The notes under the pieces are model-generated. The model did no database searches, was not told where the DNA came from, and worked only from the letters and a program-made list of their open reading frames with translations. A stretch of 64,000 bases of DNA, taken from assembly GCF_048593235.1 (NCBI RefSeq), contig NC_133618.1:10465558-10529557 (forward strand), written 5' to 3'. Within the stretch, counting starts at the first letter, position 1; every line of letters begins with the position of its first letter. The position numbers were made by a program, and so were the translations under genes. This DNA comes from Sminthopsis crassicaudata (taxonomy: Eukaryota). Below, one piece after another: positions 51,001-64,000 of the stretch.

Positions 51001-54000
51001 TATTTTAGTAATACATAGAAGAGGCAATAAAAATTAATCTGGATTTTAAGGTAAAGTACATGGTTCCTGTAATCCTATTTCTTACATTTACTGTGTGGGG
51101 GTGAATGAGCCCCTTAATCATTTTGGGCCCCCGTTTTGTTCTCTACAAAATAAATGAGTTGGACTAGATAAGAGGCTCTGCACCTTTTGTATGTCCAAGT
51201 GAATGGAGTTCTCAGAAGAAGGTATTGAAACTACATGAAAGAAAAACAAAAGAAAATGTATAAGATAAAATATGATGCTTACAAAGGGAACTATGTAATT
51301 ATAAAGTATATATTTATAAGAATTTTAAGAATAAGCAAGCTCAGAGACCACAAATGAAGAGATTCTGGACTAAAAGGCTTCTAAGATCCTTTCTGGTTCT
51401 TTATGCGTTTATATATATATGCTTAGTTCCATGGCTGATGGCTTTTTCTCAATTATTTTAGAAGCAAATGTTTTTTTTTTTTTCTTCCTAGATTCTATGT
51501 ATTATTGAATTTGAAAGCTAAGAAGAACCTTAAACATTAAATTTACAACAGATGATAATGTACTAAATTAATTTGATTATATACAAATAAATAAGGTATT
51601 ATGTAAGAAAAATGAAAAGCACAGAGAAGGAATGATTAGAAAGCTCACTGAGATTTAGGAATACAAGTATTTTTAGGAGATACCCTTTCAAAGTATAAAC
51701 TGATAGATCTCAAAAGAAATGCAAATTATTTACAATCACATAGAAACAAGTTCAAAATTTTAATCTATAAAACAGAAATTAAAATATTCCATCAAATTGG
51801 AAATCAAAGTAAAACATTTTTAATAAAACATTTATTTATTTACTTAATTTTTTGGCAGAGTAATACACTGCTTATTGTGTTGTGAATTTTTTTAAAGTAC
51901 ATGCCATTTGATCTCATTGTCTTATTACTGGTATTATAACAGGGATATTATTGAAAGCTAGAGTGGAGTGAAGAAATGTTATTTAAAAATTACAAGCATT
52001 TTTTTAAGAATCACCAAAAAAAGCAGGAAAGAAAGAAAAGAAGGAGGGAGAAAGGAAAGGAAGGAAGGAAAGGAGGGAGGGATAGAGGAAGGGATAAAGG
52101 GAAGGAAGGAGAAAGGGAGGGTATAAGGAGGAAGAAAGGAAGGAAGGAAAATTGGGTTAGAAATTTTTAACTCTTATTTCCATTTTCTTCCGATTTATAT
52201 AATAATAAAAAGAGCTAGTGTGTATATTGCTTTTTAAGGTTTATAAAACACTTGGCAAATATTATCTCTTATTATCCTGAAAACAACCTGGGAAGCACAT
52301 GCTAGTATAAAACATATATATTTGAATACTTTGGTAGTAGAAGTAATGGATAAAGATAGGATGGAGGCAATGGAAGTAGTCACACTAGTTATTTTTTTTT
52401 TCAATATCCAATTATATGTAATGGAACAATGTATTAGTATATTATACATATATATTATCTAGCATAATTAATATATTATTTTAACCATAATTTGGAGTAT
52501 GATTTTAACATTTGACAGATCAGAAAACTAAAGTATGGAAACAAATTTAACTTCCTCAATATCACACAATTTAATCCAATTCAATCATTACTCATTAGAT
52601 GCTTACTATATGCTAGTCACTGTACTAAGCACTGGGGATCAGAAAAATAACAAAAGGCAGAGTCTGCTCTCAAGGAACTTACAACCCAAGAGAAGGAGAG
52701 AGTATTTAAACAAATATATACAAAAAGCTACATTCACAATAAATAAATAAATAATAGAGAAAAGATGATGGAATTAAGAAGGTTGGGAAAGGCTTCTTGT
52801 AGAAGGCTGGAATTGTTTGGAAAGTAAAACATTTGATGCATCTTCTAACTCCAAATTTAAGGTTCTTAACATATTTCCACAGCAAGAGCCAGTGTTTGGT
52901 GCATAAGATACAAAGATTTAAATCCCTTAGGTCTTGTTCTTTAAGATTTTACCATCTAATTGGGGTGGAGGAAAGAGAGGAGAAAATACAGATAATTATC
53001 ATGGAGAAATACATAACAACAGTCTTGCAGTGGGGAGCAAATTAGGTCCACAATCACAGGACTTGGGGTCAAACTGTAATTGTGCAACTATCTTTAGGAC
53101 TATGGGTAAGTCTCCGCCCATTTACTGTTCCTTTATCTGTAAAATGAATAAAGATAAGATCTTAATCAGCTCTCTTTTAATTGTCCAATGAGACTTCTAA
53201 TTTTCCCAGTTGCCAATCAGGAAAGTATGCCCTAGAGAGATTTTCATTTGTCTGGGGTTACAGAGCAAATTGGTCCCAAATTTTCCAACTATTCTCCCGA
53301 CTATTGAGTATCAACTTGGTACTCAAAGCTGATGATGAATAAAATAAATAATGCATTGTCTCCGGGCATCTTGTACCGAAGCCAAATGTTCTTCCCTTCA
53401 TTAATTGTGATTCAAGGTGGCTATGTCTCCTCTGAAATTATCCCAAGTAGTTAATTCCTAATGAAGTGCCCAGCACGCCAGAGTACAAAATGTAATTGCC
53501 AAGAAAGGTTGTGAAATTTATGAAGAGGAAGAACAAGTTCAATGATTACAGCCCAAATCCCAGCTGGAACATCATTGAAGGAGCTGTCCAGCTTCCTAGG
53601 TTAGCTCCTTTGAAGAGCTGGAGAAATCACTCACTCAGACCACTTAGTCACAGAGACCTGAGTCCCCTAACACCTCTTCCCATCTTCCTTCACACAAAAT
53701 AAATGTTCTTGTCCAATATCATAATCTCAACACTTGATCAAACTCACACTGACCTGCTATTAGCCTCCTGCCTGCTTGTCACTTAAACTACAAAATGGAA
53801 GAAAAATTCACAGCATACATAGGTCCATTCAGGACACAAGTCCAGGATCTCATTTCCCAGTTGGGAATGTTCTTTTGTTCTCTGGGCTTTGGTTCCCTCT
53901 TGCTTTACAGATAGAGAATGAATTCTATGAGCTTTAAAACCTTTGATTTCATGAGTTCATTTTTCATTATGAAACTGAAAAATCACTAGTTTTTGGATTT

Positions 54001-54684
54001 CTTAAGTTTATCCAGGGTACAGATTTCTGTTTGGAATGTGTGAAATCACACATATTCAGAGCTGATAGCTTGTGAGCTCCCAAGTCCAATGTACTCAAAC
54101 AAAAATTCCCTTCATTATATGTCTTTTAAGTAGCATTTCAACATTGGAAGCACTGTCTCTTGAAATTAAACATTTTCTCTTTCAGTAATTAATAATAATA
54201 GTAATTGCAATATTTCTGTAGTACTGACCAAGTGTGGACATTGTGCTGAGTTCTTTACAATTCAATTATTTTCTCATTTGATCTTCAAAACAAGCATGAT
54301 AAGTAGGTGCTATTATACCCATTTTATAGATGAGGAAACAAGCAAATAGAGGTTAAAAGAATTTGCTTAAGGACACATAGTTAATAATTATCTTAGATGA
54401 GATTTAAATTTGAATTTCTCATATATCAGTGATTGTCTCTACTTATTTTATCAGAAATTTTCACCTTTTTTCTGTATTTTTGTCATAAAAATAATAAGGA
54501 GATTTAGATAAAGCATGTGGTTATAGGCTTTAATGTCTAACAAGAGGTGATATCAAATTTACATTTAATAATAATGTGTTATATTTTATGATAAGCTCAT
54601 TAGGGATTTAGAGCTTTAATATTTCAAAATATTTAATATTTTATAATACTTCTTATTGTAAACTGAGATGTAGAGAGATGTAGC

Positions 54685-54832
54685 ACAAATAGTAATAGCA
54701 GTAGTAGCAGTAGCAATAGCAATAATGATGGTGGTGGTAGTTTAGAAGTAGTAGTTGTAGTATTATAGTAGTAGTAGTATGGTAGTAGTAGTAGTAGCAG
54801 CAGCAGCAGCAGGTAGATTTGGTGGTGATGGT
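54685..54832. repeat. Compound (GTA/GCA/GTG)n trinucleotide tract
   Basis: Read directly from the sequence. Confidence 0.9.
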
Positions 54833-55525
54833 GCTATTCAACACTTATAGAGTGCTTTAATGTATACAAAATAGTTTATATAAATTAATTCAATTTTTCC
54901 TCACAAAAGCCCAGAAAGTTAGGTATTATTATCTCCATTTTGTAGAGAAACCTAAGAGAGGCTAAGTGATTTGCTCAGGGTTAAATATCTAGTGAGTTTC
55001 TGAGACAGAATTGAACTTAGATCTTCAGATAGCAAATCCATCATTCTATCCTCTGTGTCACCTAATTGCAAATGATCCATCTGGACTGGCAGGTAGAATG
55101 TTTGAAGGAAAATAGGAAGAAATAAAGCTAGAAATATAGGTGGATAGTAGATTTTGGAGATAATTAAATTCCAGGCTAGAGAGCTTGTATTTTTTATAAT
55201 TTGTAAAACAATAATAATAATAACAACTAACATTTAAGTAACACTTCAAGATTGGAAGATATTATCTATTTCCTTTTGTCCTCCCAACACTTACTGAAAA
55301 GGAGAAACTTGCTTTTATTCTCCCCATTTACAGATTTAGGATCACAGAACGGGTAAGAATTTGAACACAGTTCTCAAGTAAGGTGCTCTATTGATAGCAC
55401 CACCTCTTTGTCTCTATAGGGAATAACAATAGCATCTACAACATAAAAGGTTCTTGTTAGACTCAAATGAGAAAATATACTTAAAGTATTTTGCAAAAGT
55501 ATCATTTACATGTTTATTACTATAG

Positions 55526-55714
55526 CCCAGGTTCTCAAACTACCACCCGCGGGCCAGATGCGGCCTGCTGAGGATGTTTATGCGGCCTGTGGGGTTATGG
55601 CAAATGGGCTGAGGGGAGACAGAGTATGAGCTTTTGTTTTTACTATAGTCTAGCCCTCCAGCAGTCTGAGGGACAGTGAACTGGCCACCTATTTAAAACG
55701 TTTGAGGACCACTG
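55526..55714 (+). mobile_element. OC1 (OposCharlie1)-like non-autonomous hAT MITE, about 190 bp
   Basis: TIRs caggttctcaaac / gtttgaggaccactg; internal cccgcgggccagatgcggcc and ccctccagcagtctgagggacagtgaactggcc..tttaaaa match the recalled OC1 consensus; imperfect 8-bp TSD (ctatagcc / catagcc). Confidence 0.75.
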
Positions 55715-58534
55715 CATAGCCTTAGACAACAAAGAACTAGACCAGGCTTTTGAGGGGATCAATAAGGTCAGAATTGAACTCGGGGAAGTTTATCTCAGCA
55801 TCTGCATGGAAAATGGATTGGAGAGGAGGCAGAGAGACCCATTTGGAGGCTCTTGTAAGAATGTAGGAAAGAAGCGATGAGGGCTTCTAGTAAGCCCTTC
55901 TTCCTCTCGGTGGAGAATAGGTAATGGATGAGAGATATTTGATGTAGGCTTGAAGATATAAGGCAATGGAATAGGAGGAAGTGCAAGGAAGCATATGAAT
56001 GACTACAAGGTTCATAACTTGGGGTGATTAGAAGAATAATGATTTATTGAAGATAACCATGGAAGATTTTAGAAGGGAAGGGTTCATAGAGAAGTAATAA
56101 TGTGTTTCAGTTTGAGTAAACTGAAATAGATAGAGATGTCTATCAGACAGACATCCATAAGGCAGTTATTTTTGTGTAATTGGAGATCAGGAGATTAGTG
56201 CTACACCAATGGATCTGCATATTATATGCTCAGAATTAACCTTTGAATTCTTGGCAGTTATCGAGATCTCCAATAGAAGAAGAGGAGAAGAGAAGATAAA
56301 TCTGGACAGAGGTTGGGGTGAGCCTAAATAATAACCATGCATGAAGATGCCAAAATAAACTCAAAAGTTCTGCCTAATAAGTAGAGTATCCAATAAAAGA
56401 TGTCCAAAAATTGGTTGGATTGTGGGCGTGGAGGTCAGAAAAGTTAGGGATAAAAGATTATATTGGTCATTTGCTTGGAAGGAAGAGCTAAAATCATGAA
56501 AGTCTATGAGATGACTAAAAGGGAAAGCATGAAGTGACTAATGATTTTATAGCCCTGTGAGGAGGACACACACTGATATTGGCTCCAACATAACTTAATA
56601 GTAAAAATCTTTATTTCCATAGCATTGTCTTTTTAAAAATCACTTTCACAAACAATATCTCTTCTGACCCTTATGATAATTTTATGAGATTCTTAAGTTC
56701 ATTATTAAATAGTCTGTTTCCTGTACAGAAACTGAGGCACACGGACAAAGAGTAAAATGTTTAGGGTTAAATAGCTAGTTAATCATTTCATGATTTCTAA
56801 TCATGTGTTAGTTCTATTATATACACATTGAGGTCAAGGTTCTTATCACTTCAAACATAGGATAGAAAAAGTATTTTTGTGAGTTTTCTTGCATAGTTTT
56901 TTCAACTCCAGGATGAAATATAAATGTGCCTATTGAACATTCAATGACCTTCAATTCTTCTCATATACTATTCATCCTTTCATTTTTGGTTTCCTTGTGT
57001 TTTCTTAAAGAAAATACATCATCAATTGACTCCAGACATTTTCAATGAATATCCATGATGTCTGGAATTCTCTCTTTCCTCATTGCTGTCTTCTGCTTCT
57101 CTGGCTTCATTCAAGTACCATCATAAAAGCTCTCTCTTGCAAGAAGCTTTTCCCCATTCTTCCTCAATCCTAGTGCCTTCCTTTAGAAATTATCTCCATT
57201 TTCCAGCATATATCTTGTTTATACATAGTTGTTTGCATATTGTTTTCCCATGAGACTATAAGCTTCTTGAGAATAGGAATTTCTATTACCTCCAGTACCT
57301 AGGACAGCACCTGGGAAAGCACTTGACATAACATAAGCTTAATAAATGCTAACTGAATGACTATCGAATTTAACTGGGATGTTTATTGAATCTAATTTTT
57401 TTTCTCTTTATTTTCTTTCACAATGGATAACTAAAATATGTATCAAAATTCCCCACAAATCATAGGTAGATTGATTAAAAGTAAAACTAGTCTGCCTGGA
57501 ACTAGGGTGATTGTGATATAATTAATGTTGGTGCAAAGACAAGATAATAGAGGTTGCATGTCTTTAGTCTGATGGTTTCCAATAGGAGATGGTGATTAAG
57601 GGAAAATAAAGATATATAGGAATACAAATGTAATAAGAGGAAGACATGATTCTGGGTGATAAATCAAGGGAATTGTCTGGGATCTTTACTTTAGTCTATA
57701 AATGAGAAATGAGTTTGGGAAATTTGTAGGTGAAATTGATGGTCATTATTTAGTAGCTGTTCAGGATCTGGTAGATAAGAGAGGTCATTTGCAATTATTC
57801 TTTGAAGAAAAATCTCATTGTATTTAACAAGGAATGAGCAAATTGTCTCAAGGTTAAAGTAGATGTTCATTGATCTTTTATTGCTGAAGGCTCTTCCCAA
57901 CTTTCCCTATCCAACTTGGCCTTGTGTATTCTATGTTATAGCCAAACTTGAATTACTTGTCTTTATTCAAAATCAGATCTGTATTTCTTGCTGCTGAACA
58001 TTTGCCTATATCATTTTACATGGTTGGAATATAATTACTTTTGAACTCTTGGAGAATTGTTATTTTTCTTGTAGATTTGCTCAGATATTAATTCACCTGC
58101 TACCTTCCCAGTCCATTACTAGTTATTAGTAAGCTCTCTATCTTTAGGTCTCTTTAGATTTGATCTTTACATTATTGCTGTTTTTCCAAAACCATGCCAT
58201 CTGCACAAAGCATGGCTCAGCATAAAGGCATTTTAAAAATATGTTCAAATAAAAAACAAGACTATAAACTTTGAATGGTCATATAACAAGGCCAGAATTT
58301 TAGCCAAGTCAAAAGCTGGGGATGGTAGAGATGATAGCTGAGTATGGCAACTAAAGGACATAGAGGTTAGAACATTGGTCTAGAGGCTAACCAAGAAGGG
58401 AACATCACACTCATGGAAGGATGGAATTAATTCTGGGAATAGAGGGAGACCTTCTTTCATAGTTTTCATGATAAAATAAGAAGATGGAAACATTGCAAAG
58501 ACAAATGATGCTGAAAGATGCTGAAAGATGAATA

Positions 58535-58975
58535 TACTATACTATATGATGATCAATTCTGATGGACATGGCCCTCTTCAACAATGACATGAACCAAATC
58601 AGTTCCAATAGAACAGTAGTTAATTGAGTCAGCTACACCCAGTGAAAGAACTCTGGGAGATGACTATGAACCACTATATAGAATTCCCAATCCCTCTATT
58701 TTTGTCCACCTGCATTTTGGATTTCCTTCATGGGCTAATTGTATATTATTTCAAAGTCTGATTCTTTTTGTACAGCAAAACAACTGTATGGACATGTATA
58801 CATATATTGTACTTAACTTATACTTTAACATATTTAACATGTATTGGTCAACCTGCCATATGGGGGAGGGGGTGGGGTGAAGGAGGGGAAAAATTGGAAC
58901 AAAAGGTTTGCTACTGTCAATGCTGAAAAATTACTCATGCATATATCTTGTAAATAAAAAGCTATTTTAAAAAAG
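58535..58975 (+). mobile_element. L1 3' end fragment (sense)
   Basis: gatgatcaattctgatggacatgg..taaataaaaagctatt, homologous to the other L1 3' ends in the window. Confidence 0.85.
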
Positions 58976-60780
58976 AAACTAATGAATATGATAAGAACCA
59001 CAACCATGGTACCAAAGAGCCAACACTATTGCATTATGTTTCAACATATAATACAGAAGTGATTGGTATGAGATGTAAAATTAGACATATTTTTGATGTG
59101 GTCAATGTGGAAATTGCTTTTCTTTAACTGTGCATATGTACCAAATGTACTTTCTTTTTATCCTTTTATAACCATGAAGAGGAAATAAAAGTAAGAGACA
59201 GAGAAAGAAAATAAATGTTTGTTAATTGGTTTTTATAAATTTTTATATATCAATCTATAGTTATGTGCCTTATAAATAATTGCACTAAAATTAAAAGATG
59301 GAACAATTAGGATTCTCAAGGTAATTGATGATTGATACAGGTCTGAATCTTCCCAGTGAGTTTAAGAAAAATGCCAAAAAATTGGTTATTCTCTGAAAGC
59401 AGAAATGAAAGTCTTAGAGAAGGACTGATGACTTTCTTACTTGAGATGCTAATTAATATTGCATAAGGAGGTAGGGAGGGAAAGGAAAAAATAAGAATTT
59501 ATATGACACCTACCATGGGCTAGGTGTCTTATAATTATTATCTCATGTGATCCTCACACATTTAGGTGGGAGGGAATAGATTTGTTACTATCCATATTTT
59601 ACAGTTGAGGAAATTGAAGTAAAAAAGGTGAAATGACTAGTTTAAGGTCACATAGCTAATACATATTTAAGATCTAATATGCATTAAAGTCTTCCTGACC
59701 CAGGCCCCACACTTTATTTTTACATCACCTGGCAGTTCACAAGGCAAGGGAAATATACTCCCAATTCATAAAGATTCAAAGAAAGTGAAAAGTAGGATGA
59801 TAGTGAAGTCTGAAGTATAAGTGTGTATGCATGTATTTTTCCAATAATGGGTGATGTCGATTTATTAACATTTCCTAAATTGACAAAGATGATACCTGCA
59901 GTTATAAAAATCCTAAGCTAAACCATCACCTTACATATATTACTGAGAGAGGTATGGAACCTCAGAAACCACGCACTAGAAAAATCATTACCACAAGTAG
60001 AATTTTGTATACCTTGACATGAGTTTCCCAAGTAGAATATCACAAGCAAATAATGCAGTATGGCTCTTCATTGTTATCAATCACCAGATGAGATTACTGT
60101 AGAAAGAGTGGAAAACTGTCTCACTTACCATTGATTTTTTGGGCCTTTTGAATGACATCTATAGATATGTTCAGTTGCGTCTCACACTGTCCTGAACTTT
60201 GGCTAGACTTAAACAAAACCAAAATACTAAGTGAGCCCCATGGCACAGATAGAATTTCAAAGGGTGAGCCCTGAGATCATAGCTCAGGAAGACCTTCAAG
60301 TCATTGGAGAGCAAAGGAGTGCAATTGGAGAGATTCCTGCCAGATTGGCAGCAATAACACACATTTTCCTATGATTCTAAAAGAGCAGAAGGCTTTACCC
60401 TAGAGATAGAGCACTTTTCCCCACCGGCATATGAAAGTACCTAGAACAGGGGGCTTGGGATCCTTATGAAATCCTTAACTCTTTGCAGAATACAAAAACA
60501 ATTGAGCTCATTATGTTTCTATGATGTGACAAGGGAGAGAAACCAAGAAATTGCACTTGTAAACACATATGTGCACAATTCACATAGGCACTTATGTATG
60601 TGCATGCATAAATATATGTACATATAGATTGTATAGTTTATTAACTGTTTTGCAGGATTTGACAATCTGGTGAAAACTATGGATCCTTTCTCAGAAGAAT
60701 TGAAATTCACTCTGTTAAATATCTAGAAGTACAAAGAAAAGCATATTAAAACAGTTATCTTAATTTATATGTATAAACAT

Positions 60781-60818
<38 letters not shown>
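60781..60818. repeat. (ATAG)n tetranucleotide microsatellite
   Basis: Read directly from the sequence. Confidence 0.95.
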
Positions 60819-60819
<1 letters not shown>

Positions 60820-61847
60820 TAGATATCTGTACCAACATTAATATAGAGATGGAGATAATAATATTAAAATTTTAGACTCAAGTTCAAGTATTCCTCTTTT
60901 TGAAGAATTTAATAGTCTCAGAATTTAACAGGAGGAAGATAATGGAGTGGATTTCCTTTCAGAATGCAAAGTTCTTTTTATGAACCAGTCTTTTCCCTGA
61001 AATAATGGCCCATTCTTTCATCACCATTATTCTTCTGGTGAGTTATTTCCAGGGGTGTTTTGAAACTTGTTCCTAGGGCTAGAGAGGGATGATTATTAAA
61101 AATTAAGCATGAGTATATATAAATAGGCAACTGTTACAAATCAGGGTTTAATTTATTGTTCTGTTGTTTGTCTAGGTTTCAGAAAATGATGCAGAAAATA
61201 ATGAAATTACATTTAAAANNNNNNNNNNNNNNNNNNNNNNNNNNNNNNNNNNNNNNNNNNNNNNNNNNNNNNNNNNNNNNNNNNNNNNNNNNNNNNNNNN
61301 NNNNNNNNNNNNNNNNNNNNNNNNNNNNNNNNNNNNNNNNNNNNNNNNNNNNNNNNNNNNNNNNNNNNNNNNNNNNNNNNNNNNNNNNNNNNNNNNNNNN
61401 NTGAGAGATAGAGAGCTAGTTATTAAACATTTTGCAAGAACATACCTAGACATGTCTGTAAATCACAAAACACAAACAGTATCAACAAGTGTTGTCGATG
61501 TAGTGAATGTTGACCTTGGGAGTCATAGAATCTGAATTTAGATTCAGGACCTACTGTGCGACCAGTTTTTTTGACTCAGAATCTTTCCAACTGAAGAGAC
61601 TAGGTAACTGCAGACAGTGAGAATTATGTCCCTCTATATTCTAAACAACTGCTCACTGTCACAGGCACATCAGCACAAAACTCAAAGGGCTCTCAAAAAC
61701 CAACATTAATAGTTTTCAAATTTTCTGGCCAGTGTTATTGATAGAAATCAGGGAATGAGGCAGTCATTGAGAGTTTGGCACTTTCAAGTGACTAGTAGAC
61801 TCAAATTCGAGGAAATTATTCAAGTATTCTAAGAGAAGGACATAGTT

Positions 61848-61892
<45 letters not shown>

Positions 61893-63559
61893 ATGTATGT
61901 AGTGGTAGGTCGAGGCTTGGATTTCCTCATTAGAATGCCTGTTCCTTGGTAAGGTTCATTCAAGCACTGATTTCATGCTGTTATAGGACATACCTCATGC
62001 ATGCTCAATGCAGTTCTGCTGACATTTTCTAGGGATAGGAAACTGTTAAGTTATCACCACTGGCACTAACATGTAAGGTTAGGTTGGATCTCACCAAAAC
62101 TCCATCAATGCTTAATTTTACTGTGTCACATGCACTGGACAACATCCTAAATATTAGAAGCACGGAGCATTCTGTGATCTCAAAAACCTTACTTTCTTCT
62201 AGTAACTTTTGTGCTGACTTTGGTAATTGGACATCCTACTTGTCTGGGAATATGTGAATCATGACTTCCCACTTCATTGAAGGTTCAGCATAAGAAGATT
62301 TTCTTATTACTTCTTTGCTCCTCAAATGATTGTAAATATACATGGTGCATCATTTTATCTCTCCAAGGGCATCTCTCTGTTTTTTTCTCTCTCTTTGTCT
62401 TTCTTTCTTTCTCTTTCTCTCTCCCCCCCCTTCTCTTTCCCCTCTCCCCNNNNNNNNNNNNNNNNNNNNNNNNNNNNNNNNNNNNNNNNNNNNNNNNNNN
62501 NNNNNNNNNNNNNNNNNNNNNNNNNNNNNNNNNNNNNNNNNNNNNNNNNNNNNNNNNNNNNNNNNNNNNNNNNNNNNNNNNNNNNNNNNNNNNNNNNNNN
62601 NNNNNNNNNNNNNNNNNNNNNNNNNNNNNNNNNNNNNNNNNNNNNNNNNNNNNNNNNNNNNNNNNNNNNNNNNNNNNNNNNNNNNNNNNNNNNNNNNNNN
62701 NNNNNNNNNNNNNNNNNNNNNNNNNNNNNNNNNNNNNNNNNNNNNNNNNNNNNNNNNNNNAGATTATTGCTATTGTTACTTGTAATAGCTAAATTTTATG
62801 TGGTGCTTTGCCTATATTATATCATTTGAATTTATGACATTAGGTGAGAAAACTGAGTCTGAGAAAGGTTAAGTGATTTACCCTTAGTTATAGGGCTAAA
62901 TACGAAATGTCTCAAGCAGAATTTTAATTAAGGTCTTTCTAAGTCCAAGTACAACATTGCAACCTAGTTTGGAATTCTGATAGAAACAGACACCCTTGAA
63001 CCTGATTTCCTCTCACTTACTTCCATTGTGATGGTTACAGAAAGCGAGGAGATCCAAATCCATTATACTCTCTTTCTGGCAGGTCCTACACTTATGCTCT
63101 ACCCTAGGATGCACAACTAGTTGGCATTGGTGATCTTGACTGGTGTTTTATACAGAAACTATTTGCCAACAGGGGTTTGTTACCAATCCTATACTAAGTT
63201 GGTGATTTGGGCCATGATGACATTCATTGTTTTATTTTGTTTCATTCTTCTTCAAGCTGTACTCTGGACTTTCTCTTCTATGGTTCAGAAGTATCTTGAT
63301 CTCACCCTGGACTTACATCGCAAAACCTTGAAATTCACACATTAGAAGTACTATCCACCACTGTGGGCTCTGATTGGATGGCTTCTACCAGAATGACCAT
63401 CTCAGTGAGGGCTCTCCAGCCAGCCATATCTTCAAAACATTGAAAAACTCTGAAAACATGTATAGTAAATTACCCCTTAGAGATCTCATCTCCATGAAGT
63501 ACAGGTTATGAGATATCTTCTCTCCTATTTTTTCTTTCAAGTCCTACTTGATTATCATA

Positions 63560-64000
63560 ATTTTTTTAAATTTACTTTTAATTTTTTAGGATGTCATTTT
63601 TTCCTATTTATACTGTCAATAATTTTCTTGCCTCTGCTAACTTCACTCTAGATCAGGTCATGTAGATCATTACATGCTACTCTGTATTTATTATTCATAT
63701 CATTCTTTATTGCAAAGTAATATTCCAGTACATTAATGCACAAAAATTGGTTTAGCCACTCCCCATCTACATTGAGCATCTACATTGTTTCCAATTCTTT
63801 GCTAACACAAAAAGTACTGCTATAAATAATTTGGAGTATATAGGGACTTTCTTTTATGGCTTCCTTGGATTATAAGAGCAGTAAATGAATCTTTAGTTCA
63901 AAAGACATGAATAGTTTAGTCATTTTATTTCATAATTACAAATCACTTTCCACAATGATAGTATCATTTCACAGCTCCACCAACAATGTCTCGGTATGCT
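63560..64000 (-). mobile_element. Old L1 fragment running off the window end
   Basis: tttagccactcccca..ttccaattctttgctaacacaaaaagtactgctataaa..cagctccaccaacaatgt, L1 ORF2 antisense. Confidence 0.75.

Noticed and set aside
23441-54844. Low-complexity ORFs (poly-T/V, ER/SL, F/L/S/P-rich, TH/CV, C/Y-rich)
   Set aside because: They are translations of microsatellites and pyrimidine tracts.
61849-61888. T40 homopolymer as an orphan retro-insertion tail
   Set aside because: No TSD or element body is adjacent; it is treated as a simple homopolymer.

Overview
AT-rich mammalian, almost certainly marsupial, genomic DNA. The repeat set (MAR1-type SINEs, RTE LINE, marsupial L1 3' ends, OC1-like hAT MITE) suggests a dasyurid such as Tasmanian devil; the species call is inference. 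Eight N-gaps are present (2473-2602, 7907-8383, 16655-16906, 27802-27952, 38081-38555, 41059-41219, 61219-61401, 62450-62760). Positions 3326-28262 (+) hold the last 13 coding exons of an ADAM metalloprotease/disintegrin gene, best matching ADAM7. All are GT-AG bounded and phase-compatible (1345 nt, about 447 aa + stop), running from the end of the metalloprotease domain through disintegrin, Cys-rich, EGF-like and TM domains to a long modular cytoplasmic tail. The zinc-site exon is not visible. The rest (28.5-64 kb) is intergenic: LINE/SINE/MITE relics, microsatellites and a few non-repeat, motif-rich or CpG-retaining islands. The most notable observations are a Pro-rich PxAxPR tail exon within a set of symmetric cassette exons, a complete six-Cys EGF-like module, an RTE LINE with an apparent 5' inversion, a 187-bp locally templated inverted insertion inside a SINE, a very young L1 with a 20-bp TSD, and an OC1-like MITE. 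No rRNA, tRNA, CRISPR or prokaryotic-type system is present. All homology calls are from recalled sequences, not database searches.
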